Positions 46,076-59,686 of a stretch of DNA of 64,000 nucleotides are shown one piece after another; positions within the stretch are counted from its first letter, which is position 1, and each line of letters starts with the position of its first letter. A program made the position numbers and the translations under genes. The notes under the pieces are model-generated. The model searched no databases. It worked only from the letters and a program-made list of their open reading frames with translations, and was not told the DNA's origin. The stretch comes from Stegostoma tigrinum (Eukaryota). The stretch lies in assembly GCF_030684315.1 (NCBI RefSeq), contig NC_081388.1, forward strand, positions 23,295,015 through 23,359,014. Direction: 5' to 3'.

Positions 46076-49000
46076 ACATTAAGTTGTCTTTTTGAACCCT
46101 TTTGTCGAATGCCCCACCTCTGTGGCTGGGACACACAGAATAGACTGTGCCGCCGCACCAGCCCTTTTCAGACCCAATGGGATTCAGGTCGCTCTCTCTG
46201 AGGGCCTTTTCAACATGTGATAGTCACCATTAATCCGCTTATTGAGTTGGGGCCATGTGGGTCACGGTCAGTGGAAGGTTGTACTGGAGGGGTACTGCGA
46301 AATTCTGCCATTTTCATAACAGTACCTACGTTTGAAACCTTGGAGTCAGGATGCAAGGCAATCAGTGAGCCATAAATCAAGAGTTATTAGGAATCAAATC
46401 AAACACATTGACAAGTAACAAACTGTCCTTGAAAGAGACTGGGTCACACAACATCAGATTCTTAAGGAAACTTTTATTTGAAACTAAAATGTTGCTTGGT
46501 GGACACAATGTACACCCAACCCTGTAATGCACACTGGCCACACTAGTCCTCAAACATTCTGTTAAGCACTGCTTTCCACTCTCCAGGGCCACCCGGCAGA
46601 ATGGGGTTAGTTATCATGGTTATCACAAACATGGTGGGGTGATGGGCTTGTTCCGGCGCTGTATTTGTCTGTGCAGCTGCACAAGAGAGGCAGGCAGTCA
46701 GGCCCAGATAGCTGTTTAGACTGCTCGCTGCCTGGACTTGTTAACGATCATCTTTACCCAGCTAACAAGTTGGCTCTTTCATCATCCCCTTTTGCTGCCC
46801 CCACCCACCATAGTCCAGGCAACTAAAGGCCAAGAGGATGTGGGTGAACTGTAAAAGAATGAAATAACAGATACATCAAATGATGGAAGAGGAGCAGATA
46901 ATACAGTTACACTTGGGGTCCCAGAACAAACTTAACCTTTCATCACTCAGGCCTGCTGCATTCAGCAGCCTGTACATTAAATACCTGGTGATAAAGTGGA
47001 AGATTGTTGTTTAGAGTGCCTCCTGTTGGGAGCCCAGCACCTCTGCAGGAAAAGCAAAATCCCATTGTCTAGAAAGTGAATGATGGAAACGGAGGGAAGG
47101 TTCGGCAGCAGCAACATGCCCAGGAAATTCCTGAGCACCAAACAGAATGGCACGGCAGGAATCCTTTTCAAGACAGCTCAAATTGTGGGCTGGGACTTCT
47201 GAGGGACGTGTTGGTGCCAATGTGAAATCCTTTCCAAACAGTGGGCAGATCAGAAAGGTGTTCACCACATATTAACTGCTTTGCTATCACAGATGCTGAC
47301 AGGAACAAATGCAAAATGTTTGTGCCTAGGGATGGTATTGGCCAGAACATTACTTCAACAGACAGTTCCTATGGTGCCATTGCATCTGTTCCCCTACTGT
47401 AAAGCATGCTGGTGAATCTGTGTATCCCAGCAGCACAAATGCTCTTGCCCCATGCCACCTCAATCTATATCAGTGGAGATGCATATTTCTGAGCTGCGGC
47501 TCCCTCATGACAGCCACTGGTCCTGACCATACAGTGCCCTAATGTGAAGCAACCATCTTCCAAATTCTGATGAGGTTGTGATAAAAGATAGTCAGTTCCT
47601 GCAAAGAGTTGTGTCAATTCCTCTGACGTATGAACAGGAGCTGTGTGTCATAATTGAGGCTGTGTGTCTGAGGGAAGAAATCCATCTCTTGTATATATCA
47701 TCCAGGAGGGAGCTCGACATGAAGACATTGCTGCAGGGTCTGAAGACGGAATGTCACAACCAGGGAGCAAAATCGTACCAGTGCCTGATGACCCTCTCTA
47801 GTTGGGAGTTGTAGTACTTTTTCAGTGGACCCAATGATCAACTGCTGTAGCAATTGGAGCAGTCTTATCCAGCATCCAATGTGAATGGTAACTTTGATCT
47901 GCGTCTCTTGCCATGTCATTGGCCAGGATGCCTTAGTATACCAGATCGATGTGAAGTAGAGGAAATGGATGGCACCCATCTCCCCTGGCAATGAAGTGTA
48001 GAGCTGGAGGAACACAGCAGGCCAGGCAGCATCAGAGGAGCAGAAAAGCTAACATTTTGGGTTTAGACAATGCCGGAATATAACAGTTCACTTCCCAGCT
48101 CATGCTGTCACCACTCCTGCTGCTTGAATCAAGTCAACTTCTAATACTTTCATTTGCTTGTCAATATTACTTTGTTTAACTCTCTCAAATTCAATATAGG
48201 TTTCCCCAGCTGTTTCCTTAAATACCAAACCCTTTGCCTATATGCCCCAAACACTTACCCATATGCAGCCAATATAGTTTTCTTCACTGCATTATAATGT
48301 TGGAAAACCTCCTCTGACAATGGAGCATAAATTTCCTGTACTTTACCTGACAACTTCTTTCTGCAGAAGCAACAACCAGGCCTCTTTTCCCCACATCATT
48401 TGCCCAGCCATTTTCTCAAATGAACAAATCTTCAAATTTATGTTGGGCCTATGCAAACTTAAGCATTTCCATATTCAAATCAAGACTCAGCTTCTCTCCA
48501 CTAGAGGCCGTGTCAACGTCTGATATCTCCTGTTTTTATGGCACCATTTAAGGCTTATATTCAGGTTCCTTGAATTTACCATTTCTTGCAATACCAATTT
48601 TCTCATTTCCATCACCATCTCCCTTTACTTCTCTTTCCATTTGGAATTCCATCTTCAGTTTTCCCATTCCTGCCTCATACTGGCTGTGCTTTAACTGGAA
48701 CTGACTATCACCTGATTCTGGCATTTCAGTACCTGAAGTACTCGGCCTTTTCGTATTTCACTAAACCCAAATGCAGTGCGGGTATCTCAATCACCTCTGC
48801 CTTTTTATCTCTGTCAGGGAATGCTACCTTCTGGTGTACCTGCCAACTCAATCAATGGTTTTGAACTTTTCTTTCAGGTTGCCAGTAATAACTCAGCAAC
48901 TTTCGGGAAATCCTTTCTGTGTCCAATGTCAAGTATAAGTACCGTTTAAAATTAGCTGTTTTTCTTTACCTGTACGATTTACCAAATCACACCCAAATCC

Positions 49001-49332
49001 TCACTGCCTCTGTTTCCAATTTAATCCTATCCACTTCAAATCCAATTAATCCTTTCCACATTGTATTCCGGCCAACAGTCCCAAAATTTATTACAACCCA
49101 CTGCGATAGCGCATCTTAAATTGATCCCCATTATTCCCAGAGTTTTACCAAATGGTGTGTAGGGTTATGGGGATTATGGTGCTTGATTAGCTATGTTCAC
49201 ATTGAATGGTAAGGCAGACTCAGTGGGCTGAGCAGCTTGCTTGTTTTCCTATGCTCCTTTGACCTCCAAGATTGGATTGTATTGAACCAATCCTGACAAT
49301 CTGCTCCACAAGATGTGCATTAAGTGCTCTCT

Positions 49333-51645
49333 TAAGACCATAAGACCATAAGACATCGGAGTGGAAGTAAGGTCATTCGGCCCATCAAGTTCACTCCGCC
49401 ATTTAACTCATGGCTGATGGGCATTTCAACTCCACTTCCCGGCACTCTCCCCGTAGTCCTTGATTCCTTGTGAGATCAACAATTTGTCGATCTCTGCCTT
49501 GAAGGCATCTAACGTCCCAGCCTCCACTGCACTCTGTGGCAACGAATTCCACAAGCCCACCACTCTCTGGCTGAAGAAATGTCGTCTCATTTCAGTTTTA
49601 AATTTATCCCCTCTAATTTTAAGGCTGTGCCCATGGGTCCTAGTCTCCCGGCCTAACAGAAACAACTTCCTAGCGTCCACCCCTGCTAAGCTATACATTA
49701 TCTTGTAAGTTTCTATCAGATCTCCCCTCAACCTTCTAAACTCTAATGAGTACAATCCCAGGATCCTTAGCCATTCATCATAGGTTAAACCTACCATTCC
49801 AGTGATCATCCGTGTGAATCTCCACTGGACAGGCTCCAGCGCCAGTATGTCCTTCCTGAGGTGTGGGGCCCAAAATTGGACACAGTATTCTAAATGGGGC
49901 CTAACTAGAGCCTTATCAAGCCACAGAAGCATATCATTGCTTTTATATTCCAAACCTCAAGATAAACGACAACATTACATTCGCTTTCTTAATCACAGAC
50001 TCTACCTGCAAGTTAACCTTTAGAGAATCCTGGACCAACACTCCCAGATCCCTTTGCATTTCTGCTTTATGAATTTTCTCACCATTTAGAAAATAGCCCA
50101 TGCCTGTATTCTTTTTTCCAAAGTGCAAAACTTCACATTTACTCACATTGAATTTCATCAGCCATTTCCTGGACCACTCTCCTAAACTGTCTAAATCTTT
50201 CTGCAGCTTCCCCACCTCCTCAGTACTACCTGCCTGTCCACCTATCTTCGTATCATCGGCAAACTTCACCAGAATGCCCCCAGTCCCTTCATCCAGATCA
50301 TTAATATATAAAGTGAACAGCTGCGGCCCTAACACTGAATCCTGTGGGACACCACTCGTCACTGCTTCCATTCCGAAAAAGAGCCTTTTATCCCAACTCT
50401 CTGCCTCCTGTCAGACAGCCAATCCTCAATCCAAGCCTGTAGCTCACCTCGAACACCATGGGCCCTCACCTTGCTCAGCAGCCTCCTGTGAGGCACCGTA
50501 TCAAAGGCCTTTTGGCAGTCTAGATAGATAACATCTACTGGGTTTCCCTGGTCTAACGTACTTGTTACCTCTTCAAAGAATTCTAACAGGTTTGTCAGGC
50601 ACGACCTCCCCTTACTAAATCCATGCTGACTTGTTTTAATCTGACCCTGCACTTCCAGGAATTTAGAAATCTCATCCTTGACAATGGATTCTAGAATTTT
50701 ACCAACTACCGAGGTTAGGCTAATCGGCCTATAATTTTCCATCTTTTGCCTTGATCCTTTCTTAAACAAGGGGGTTACAACAGCAATTTTCCAATCATCT
50801 GGAACTTTCCCAGACTCCAGTGACTTTTGAAAGATCACGACCAAAGCCTCTGCTATTTCCTCAGCCACCTCCCTCAGAACTCTAGGATGTAGCCCATCGG
50901 GGCCAGGAGATTTATCAATTTTTAGACCTTTTAGCTTCTCTAGCACTTTCTCCTTTGTAATGCCTACCATATTCAACTCTGCTCCCTGGCTCTCCCTAAT
51001 TGTTGGCATACTACTCATGTCTTCCACTGTGAAGACTGACGCAAAGTACTTATTAAGTTCTTCAGCTATTTCCTTATCTCCCATCACTAGCCTTCCAGCG
51101 TCAATTTGGAGCGGCCCAATGTCTACTTTTGCCTCTTGTTTGTTTCTTATGTATTGAAAGAAGCTTTTACTATCATTTCTAATATTACTAGCTAGCCTAC
51201 CTTCATATTTGATCCTCTCCTTCCTTATTTCTCTCTTTGTTATCTGCTGTTTGTTTTTGTAGCCTTCCCAATCTTCTGATTTCCCAGTGCTCTTGGCCAC
51301 TTTTTAGGCTGTCTCTTTTTCTTTGATATATTTCCTGACTTCCTTTGTCAGCCATGGCTGTCTAATCCCACCCCGGATAATCTTTCTTTTCTCTGGGATG
51401 AACCTCTTTACTGTGTCCTCAATTACACCCAGAAACTCCTGCCATCGTTGCTCTACTGTCTTCCCCACGAGGCTCTGCTTCCAGTCAATTTTCGTCAATT
51501 CCTCTCTCATGCCCCTGTAATTACCTTTATTTAACTGTAACACCATTACATCCGATTTTGCCTTCTGTCTTTCCAACTGCAGACTGAACTCTCCCATATT
51601 ATGATCGCTGCCTCCTAAGTGTTCCCTTACTTTAAGGTCTTTTAT
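49333..51645 (-). mobile_element. 2.3-kb CR1 LINE, ORF2 broken by stops and frameshifts
   Basis: Consecutive ORFs 51304..51597, 50359..51300, 49943..50371 and 49426..49953 (KSPGPDGLHPRVL, NYRPISLTS, FADDTK); (AAGACCAT)n tail. Confidence 0.93.
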
Positions 51646-51659
51646 GCTCAGGTGGAATC

Positions 51660-52800
51660 CACTTATTAGCTCTTCAAATAGAATGCATCAGTTTGGACAT
51701 TTGGCAGCTCTGACACACTCCTCTCTTAAATTTAAGAGGCAGCACCAAGTACCCATCAATATTTTAATTAGAAAATCTGTGGCATCCCAAATTCAAATAC
51801 TCTGAGTCCTGAACAAATATTCATGATCCAAAGGGCTGAACATTTCTCCTGATCAAGGAAAAGAAAGCCAGCTAATCAACCAGACTTGTGGTATTGATGG
51901 ATGAAATCCTTGGCCAGGTCAATGCTTCTGTAGTTATTCCAGCATGGGAGTGTGTAGGTCTGTGAGGGTAGATCCAGTGATCCAAACTAGTGCTAAGGCA
52001 AGACATGACCCTAGCAAAGACTTTGTAATCCATGCTAAGGATGGAGGCCAGGCAACAGTTTTTAAGGAGAAAGAGATGCCCCCTCTTCTAAAGCAGCTCG
52101 GCAGTGACAATACAATGCCAAGAGAGGGTCATCTCCCAAGTCATTAAACTTCAGGACCGCATGTAATCCCTCACCAGAATGTCCAGAACATCCTATGGAA
52201 CTCCACAGTCATCCTGCCTAGCCATGGAGACTTGCACATTGACAGCTTGTTGAGGGTGTCAGTCAGCTTGACAAAGCTCAGCACAGTGTTGGGCTTTTTG
52301 GTACCATCTGGGCCAAACTGTGACAATTGGTCCCACAAAGCTCTATGCTTCAATGCTAGATGATCTGCAAACAGTCTAATATGCTCAGGTTTGACCTCTC
52401 GTGCTCTTCAGATCCGAGCCAGGAATCTGGAGTTGGTCAGCGGCAGCAGGAGTTCTGTATGGATCTTATGCTTTCTTCCAAGGGAATTGGAGGACAAGTT
52501 GTAGTCCAGATACTGCAGGAACACATGTACATCCCTCCAGATGCAATGAATGATAGGTGCATCTGAGCATCCTTCTTCTCTGCAAAGTCTTTCCATAGGG
52601 CTGGATCCTCAGTGACATGACTGTGATAGGACTTCAGGCCAACCACCTTGTGCTCTAACCTCCTAATTCTGTTCTTGCTCTTCTTTGTTGACTGTACCCA
52701 GTTACTTCAGAAAGAAGACATAGGTGTGGGCCTTGCCCAGATCCCACCATAATCTCAATGAGGGGAAGACTCTTTTCTTCTTCCTCTAGCCAGCCCAGAT
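51660..52800 (-). mobile_element. Decayed L1/Tx1-like LINE remnant
   Basis: KSPWLGRMTVEFHRMFW resembles KSPGxDGLTVEFY; LDQEK-like motif near 51850. Confidence 0.5.
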
Positions 52801-55186
52801 AAACAAAATGAGTGCTAGAACAGTTTGAACTCCGGTAGCCAGTGTTTGAGAGCTAATTGGTGGATTCCCTCTGAGCATGAAATGGCATAGCACAGTGGAC
52901 TTGTGTCTTAGGAATGTCAAGGTGGTTGATTCCTTTTACTCTGAATTCTGATTTGATGCAAATGAAGATTTTGGAATTGGTATGGAAATATCAGCAGACA
53001 TTGCCCAGACCAACCTAATCAGTCTGTCGACATTCCCATCAATGCTGAGTAGCAAAGGACATCATCAGGGCCTCCCAACTCGGTGTGGATCCCCCACTAG
53101 CACCACCAAGAAAGATGAACTCACCTGTACAGATGAAATGGAGAAGATTGGACACTAATTACAAAATCATTTTATTATAGACACTTCTTCAAAGAAATTT
53201 GCTCTCTGCAGCCCAGCGTGTGGTATATTGATATTCACAAAGTGAAAGACCTTGCCCTAAGAGGACAGTTAGATATATCATTTGGCTTTGCACAGGTTCC
53301 TTGATCTTTAAGATTGCTCACTGAAAATATAATACCTGGAATTAAAAGCAAGATTTATTGACCATGATTGAATGGCAGAGTAGACTTGATGGGCCAAATG
53401 GCCTGATTGTGTTCCTATACCTTGTCATCTTAAGAAGCTTCATCCTTGCTTCCTCTGGGAGAAATGACTCCCAGAAAGCTGTGGGTGTCCTCCAGGAGTC
53501 ACACAGGAAGATTTATCTCCCAAAGAGTGAGAAATTCCAAAACTGATTGATCCTTGCTAATTTTGATGTTGGCTATAGTCATATTCATGACAAGGGTATT
53601 GTGAAAACACTATGGATACCCTTCCTGTGTAAAGGTAGTATAGACATTTGCAAGCTACCCCTCATACAGGAACCTCCCAGTGAGGAATGATTTTACATGC
53701 AGCCACTCATTTCCATTTGTGCCCAACCCACACTTTGGATTTTAGGGGTGGAGTGGTCAAACTGGAGTGCTGTACTAGCTCCAACTAATGCCTCTGCCAG
53801 TGGATTTCAGATCATTTCCTGAGTCCTCCACTGAGGTACCATCCTCCTCCAGATTGCCACTGTCAGCTTTTGAACCCTCACCCACATTGACAGAAGGGTT
53901 GGATCAGAACCACCAGTTGCCTGTCTGTGCCAATCCTATCCAAGGATCACTGGCTGAAGTGTGGAATCCAGGCTTCACTACCAGCTTTGCGCCAATGGAC
54001 ACAGCAGCTCAGGAACCAGGTCATGTGCCATGTCTGGCAGCAGGTTCAAACCGAAGCATTGAGTGTGAAAGGCTGAAGTGGAAGGAGAGGGGCTTCCACA
54101 TTGTGACTGCCATCCAGAATATCAATATCTGGGGCATCTACCCTGTCAGGACTGGGTAGCTCATTCAAAATGATCTGAGCAGGTGCAGTATCACAATTCA
54201 GATCTCAACTCTCAGGATATCCCACCAGATGACGTGTTTTCATGTTGTGACTGTGAGTAAGGATTCCTCAGTATATCAGGGAGAACTTGCCTGCTCTTCT
54301 TCAGAATTGAGCCACAGAACCTTTTACACCTATTTGAAAGAGGAGAAAGAACATCTGTTTAAAATCTCATCTAAAATAGAGCAATGCAGGCACTCCAACC
54401 CTCCTAACTACTGTATCTGACCATCAGTTTTGACTTGTGTGCGCAAAATACGAAATGGGACTTGAGCCCACACCCTTAACCGAGAGGCAAGCATGTTAGA
54501 AAGTCACACAAATTTTGGTCAACATTTATAGGCTTTAAGAGAGTCTCAAAGGAGGAAGGAGAAGGAAAGAGCTTGGGAAAGAATTCCGGAGGTTAGGGCC
54601 TTAGGTGATGTTGCTAACAGTGACGGGACAATGATAATCAGAACACACAACATACCCAAGGATGTTGAGAGGGCTGCAGGACTTTATGGAGATACAGAGA
54701 GAAAAGGCCTGGATCCACTTAAATGTGAAGTGAATTTTAAAATTGAGATTTTGTTTCACATCTGATCTTCATTTCTTATGTTTGGAAAACTATTGATTAC
54801 AAAATAATATTGATCCTATTAACACAAACAGTCATAACAGGGAAATTACTTTACAGAATAAACAAATCCTGTAGCTCGCCTTCGTGTCATTTAGAATGAA
54901 ACAAAGTTGTTTTGATAAACTTGTGATGATGTTAGTGCTGAATCTAGTTACCAAAACACAGGTGACAATCGACAGTTTAAAAGAAAGTAATCAACACAGC
55001 ATTTCAAAATCAATCCAAAATATTGAGAAATGTGAGTAAAAAGTGGTTGTCACAATTATTAGTGTAGTTACTTCAAACAGATTTTAATACTGCAATGAGC
55101 TGTACTTGGTGGAAACAATATTGTCTGCAAGATCATCGGTATTTCTCTTCAGAAAAGCAGTTTGTAATTGTTGCTGTGTTACTGAC

Positions 55187-55363
55187 TTATGGATGACATT
55201 TTTCAAAGGAACATCTTCCTAATAATCATTCCCATTGGGGTTCTGTGCATTGTTGTTGGGTTTTGCTTTGTCTAATTTGTACTGTCCTCTTTTATGGGCG
55301 TTGTCGTTGCAACTATCAATACTGCTGCTATTCCTGCAATCACTAGCATTTTCCAAGTTAAAT
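55187..55363 (-). pseudogene. Paralog B TM/cytoplasmic exon, inactivated
   Basis: Homologous to 22972-23171; acceptor TAG->TGG, net 22-nt deletion in and after the TM causing a frameshift, plus CAT->TAG in the original frame. Confidence 0.85.
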
Positions 55364-56211
55364 CCATGGAAATATAGAATGAAAAGATACACAAATCATC
55401 AACAGTCCAGGGAAATATATTAATTGCAACATGTCTGAACATTTCCAAAATCTGTAGATTGTAAACAAAGGATATTTTTCAATTAAATGTCCAGTGTGTT
55501 TTATTCAGCTCTTTCCTGCCTGTTTTCCATGTTGTGTTCTGCGCCTTCTTTCATTCCTCCCATACTACATGCCACTCCTTGGCAGCGTGCCCTCAACTCC
55601 CTGTCTATTCCTGGTTAAATCCTGCAGGAATAACTAAATTCAATGTGATGTTCCAAACAAATCGATAACAGCATTTCTTTTCGCTGGTTTGAATTTCCGG
55701 AATTGATAATTCCTATCTATCTCTTACATTGCTAATAGCATGATTAAATGTCGTCTCCTTCTTTCAGAATCCAACCCTAAACATTCATCAGCACTATCCC
55801 TGAGGCACTGATTGAGATGCTGCGTTTGCAGAATGTCCTCCCTGTATTTTCTCGCTGTATTTATGCTGTTCACCCCTCACCCCTCACTATGAGAAGTGAA
55901 GCCCGGCGATGTGTGCTTTACTCACTGATCTGTCAATACTTTGCTCCATGGAGTGGCAGTGTGTGGAGTCACAGCCCCCCAACCCCCCCTTGAAGTTATT
56001 ACCCAGGCATGTGGGACAAACACAGCGCAGGAGGAAGGTACTTCTATGCACAAAGAGACTGTCACTCTGAGCCACTTGTACCCAATGTACCAGTTACAGA
56101 GCAGTATTATTAGAGACAGGGAGCAGTTTATCCATGTGTCCCATTTCCCGAAAGGGTGCGGGAGAACAGGAGCCCAAAGTAATAATAACAATGGTAGTAT
56201 TAAATTCTGAC

Positions 56212-56496
56212 CTTTGACCCTGATGTCCACATCCTTCTCATCACTTCCGTATTGATTGGTAGCTCTACATATATAAATTCCTTGATGTTCTGAGGTTATG
56301 TACGGAATACGAAGAAATCCAGGACCAATCTCAATATTGTTGCCATTACTGGGATTTACCCACTCTAATACAGGTGAGGGTCTTCCATCGGACATACAGC
56401 TTAATGTAATTTCATCACCTTTAGTGACTTCTACTGGAAAGCCTGACACTGTTTTGTTATTTACTGATATGGTCATGATTGTGTCTCGTGGTTTAT
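56212..56496 (-). CDS. Paralog B membrane-proximal Ig exon (open, protein identical to gene A exon 6)
   Basis: Only two synonymous differences from 29940-30224 seen; splice sites intact; probably part of a pseudogene. Confidence 0.7.
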
Positions 56497-56851
56497 CTGG
56501 AAAAGAGAAGAAAAAGATGAAAATAGGCAGGCATACCCACAGGATCACTGATACAGCTCCCCAACACTGCTTCAGTTAGCAGGATATCCAAACCTGGCCA
56601 CATATTGTGCTCTTATCTATCTTCCAACAGTCATTTCAGAACAGGTGAATCTCTGCAGTAGAGTTGCAGCCTTGAGCTTGCTCACAGTCATGTTGTTTTG
56701 ATGTACGGTCACAGTGAAATGCAGTCATTGTGTAAATATTATTTCAGCATCAAGGCCACTGGATCTGACAGTCTAAGGATATCACACAGTGTTCAGAGTA
56801 CTCACAATAATGGAGATTCAAAGGTACAATTTCCTGTAATCTGATACTCAC

Positions 56852-57097
56852 ACAAAATGGTTACATTTAGAGATGAGGTTTTTAATCCATGCTCATTTTT
56901 GACCATGCACACGTACAGTCCACCATGCTGCAGTTGAACAGATGGGATGTAGAGTAACCCTCTGCTTTCCATTTTCCCATCTTTGATCCAGACCCTCCGG
57001 GGAACTGGGTTCCCTTGCCCATGACATGTTAAATTCTGTGATTTACCCCTAATCCAGTTTCCATCAGTTTTGAAGATCTCTGCTTTTAATGATGCAT
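56852..57097 (-). CDS. Paralog B extra Ig exon, absent from gene A
   Basis: NLTCHGQGNPVPRRVWIKDG...QHGGLYVCMVKNEHG; 246 nt, phase 1-1, acceptor TTTACAG, donor GTGAGT. Confidence 0.75.
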
Positions 57098-58692
57098 CTG
57101 TAAAGTTCATTCCAAGCAAACATTAAGTCATGATACTGATCGACTGCAAATTAAAATATTTTTCAAATTCTTCTGCTAATTCTTTTGGGTGCTCTGCAGG
57201 TGTCAATATTCATTATAAAGCTTGCTTCTATTTTAAAACCCAGTGGCAGTGTCGCACAGCAGTGGGTGAAATAAAACACAGGATAAAAGGCAGAATAACT
57301 TTCCCTGAAATCTGTGAAAAATGCAACGTTCTGAATGCTGCTTTTGAGAAATTTCCAAATTATTCTGACTTTCTGTTGGGGGTCCTCAGTAACTGAGGAA
57401 AAGAATTGTGAATATATTTCAGAGATGGGGTTACCCTAACGCAATGATTATAATGGGGTATTTAAATATCAGGATATTGACTGGGATAGGGGTAATACAA
57501 AGAGCAGCCATGGGAAAGCATTCCTAGCCAGCATTCAGTAGATATTTCTCCAGCAGTAAGTATCCAGACTGCTGAGAAAGGATGTACTGCCCTCATGGTA
57601 TTATCATTGGACCGTTAATCCAGAGACCCAGATAATGTTCTGGTGACCCGGGTTCGAATCCCGCCATGGCAGATGATGGAATTTGAATTCACTAAAATAC
57701 CTGGAATTACAAATCTAATGTTGACCATGAATTCATTTGTTGATTGTTAGAAAAAACTCATCTGGTTCACTAATATCCTTTAGGGAAGGAAACTGCCATC
57801 CTCACCTGGTCTGGCATACATGTGACTCCAGACCCACAGCAATGTGGTTGACTGTGAACTGCCCTCTGGACAATTAGGGTGGGGCAATAAAGGCTGCCTG
57901 GCCAGCAACGCCCTCATCCCATGAATGAATAAAGAATGGATGAAATAAAGCCTGATCTTGGTGCAAGTGTCAGTGGGAGAACATTGAGGGCACGGTGTTT
58001 CATCAGGACAATGGCAGAAAATGACATTGGTCACTCCAGAGTAAGAATATTCAACTTGGGGACTTCAACAGGGCAGGGCCGATTGAATGAGAACCAAAGG
58101 TTCATGGAAAAATCAATAGCTGAACAATGAACTGCCTTCAAAGACAAAATGGTTTGGGCACAGTCAACGTAAATTCCCACAAAGGGGCAAAGAGAGGCAA
58201 ACAAATTAAAAGCTCCCTTGATATCAAAGGAGATGGAAATTCAGTTAGAAAGTGTGTTTCTGATGCATGTCAGATAGTAATTACAGCTAAGAACCAAACA
58301 CAATACAGAAGGCTCAGAAATGATGTGACAAAGCAAAATGAGAAATGGACTGAGAGCTAACATATAAAAAAATTGGATGTCTCCCACAAGCACATCTGCA
58401 ACAAGAAGGTGGTGAAAGGAGTATTAGGTACAATAAAATAAATTTACTTTTAGGGGCAGGAAGTATAGCTGAGGTGTAAAACTAATTGCTATATTTGTCT
58501 TTACCAAAGAAGTAGATGTTGCCCAGGCTATGGTTACAGAAGAGGAACCTTAGTCGCATAGAATGGTTTATAGTTGATAAAGAGGAATGTTTGGATAAGC
58601 TGTCAGTACTTAGAGTTGAAAAGCCCCAAGACCAGATCAACTGTATCCAAGGATATTCATATGCCTGAGAATGGAAATTGCAGCGGCACTAG

Positions 58693-59686
58693 GGTTATTA
58701 AGTGGAGGTTGACCCCCCCCCCAAAACGTACACCAAAGCAACCAGAGAAGAGCGCTTCACTTTATAATATGTAAAAAGAATGTGAAAAGTAGCATAACCT
58801 GCCTTTCAGCAACTTCTAGTGGTTAAATAAAACAAATTCCTAACACTCACTTTACAACAAACAAGTAACAATTTATTTATCTAACTCTAGCAATGAATAA
58901 ATTGAGTAAACTATTAACAAACCGTTTAAACCCCTTCTAACTGGTAACTTTCAAATAAAGCAACACTCTGGTAGTATGCTGTTCCAATCAATATAAGTCC
59001 CATTGATATAAAATAAAGAAAAATAGAGATGTAGTCTGTTGACATTACCACTGGGCTATGTCTTCTGAAATGTTCTGTGCCTTTTCCGTTGAATGTTCTG
59101 TCAGGAACGTCTTCACCGTTGAATGCCTTCTCAGGAATATTAACTGGTTGTGTAATAGTTACCTTTGATTAAGATCATGCTTTGTCTAAAACTTAAGAGA
59201 AAACTGTGAGAGTCAGTGATTCGCTCTTGCAGGCTGTGAGCTGTTAACTCCAGCAGATGGTAGTTAGTTTTCTGATTTTCTAACCGCCCTCTCCTTTTGC
59301 ACCCTTGACGACATATCAATTTCTTACAATAGGAGGAGTCTTATGTTGTCAAAACCATCAGAATTAGTTTTTGGTATCTACGTATCTGTGTGCCTGATTC
59401 AATTTGATTGGCTAAAATCAAAGGTTGTTGACCTGACGACAAAACAAAAGTGCGCTTGGCCTGATTAATGTATGGCCTTTTGATAAAATTATTTCAATTC
59501 AGGTGTGTGTTGTGCACCTCCCAACCCATAACTGCTGTGCACAGACACCCTTTTTCAGTCTCTAGGCATAGAAAAAGCACATCATCTTTTAAAGAGAGCA
59601 TGCATTGCTTTCCCCCATAGCATTTTACAAACACCAAATTCTAACTTTCTGCTTGCCAGTCCATAAGTACTCCACCTAACTTTACA
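58693..59686 (-). mobile_element. Solo LTR related to the 10301-12172 LTR, inserted in paralog B only
   Basis: Both ends align with the reverse complement of that LTR (GCCTTTCAGCAACTTCTAnTGGTTAAA; ACCAAATTCTAAC); absent at the homologous site ~30985 of gene A. Confidence 0.7.

Noticed and set aside
52850-54250. Possible Harbinger-like DNA transposon remnants (also ~1300-3100 and ~46100-48000)
   Set aside because: Only vague motif resemblance; no TIRs or reliable reading frame could be established by eye. A RepeatMasker or profile search is needed.
57595-57680. tRNA genes (GGTTCGAATCC B-box here; similar at 6670, 27360 and 63325)
   Set aside because: These are SINE heads followed by SINE bodies; no complete cloverleaf is evident.
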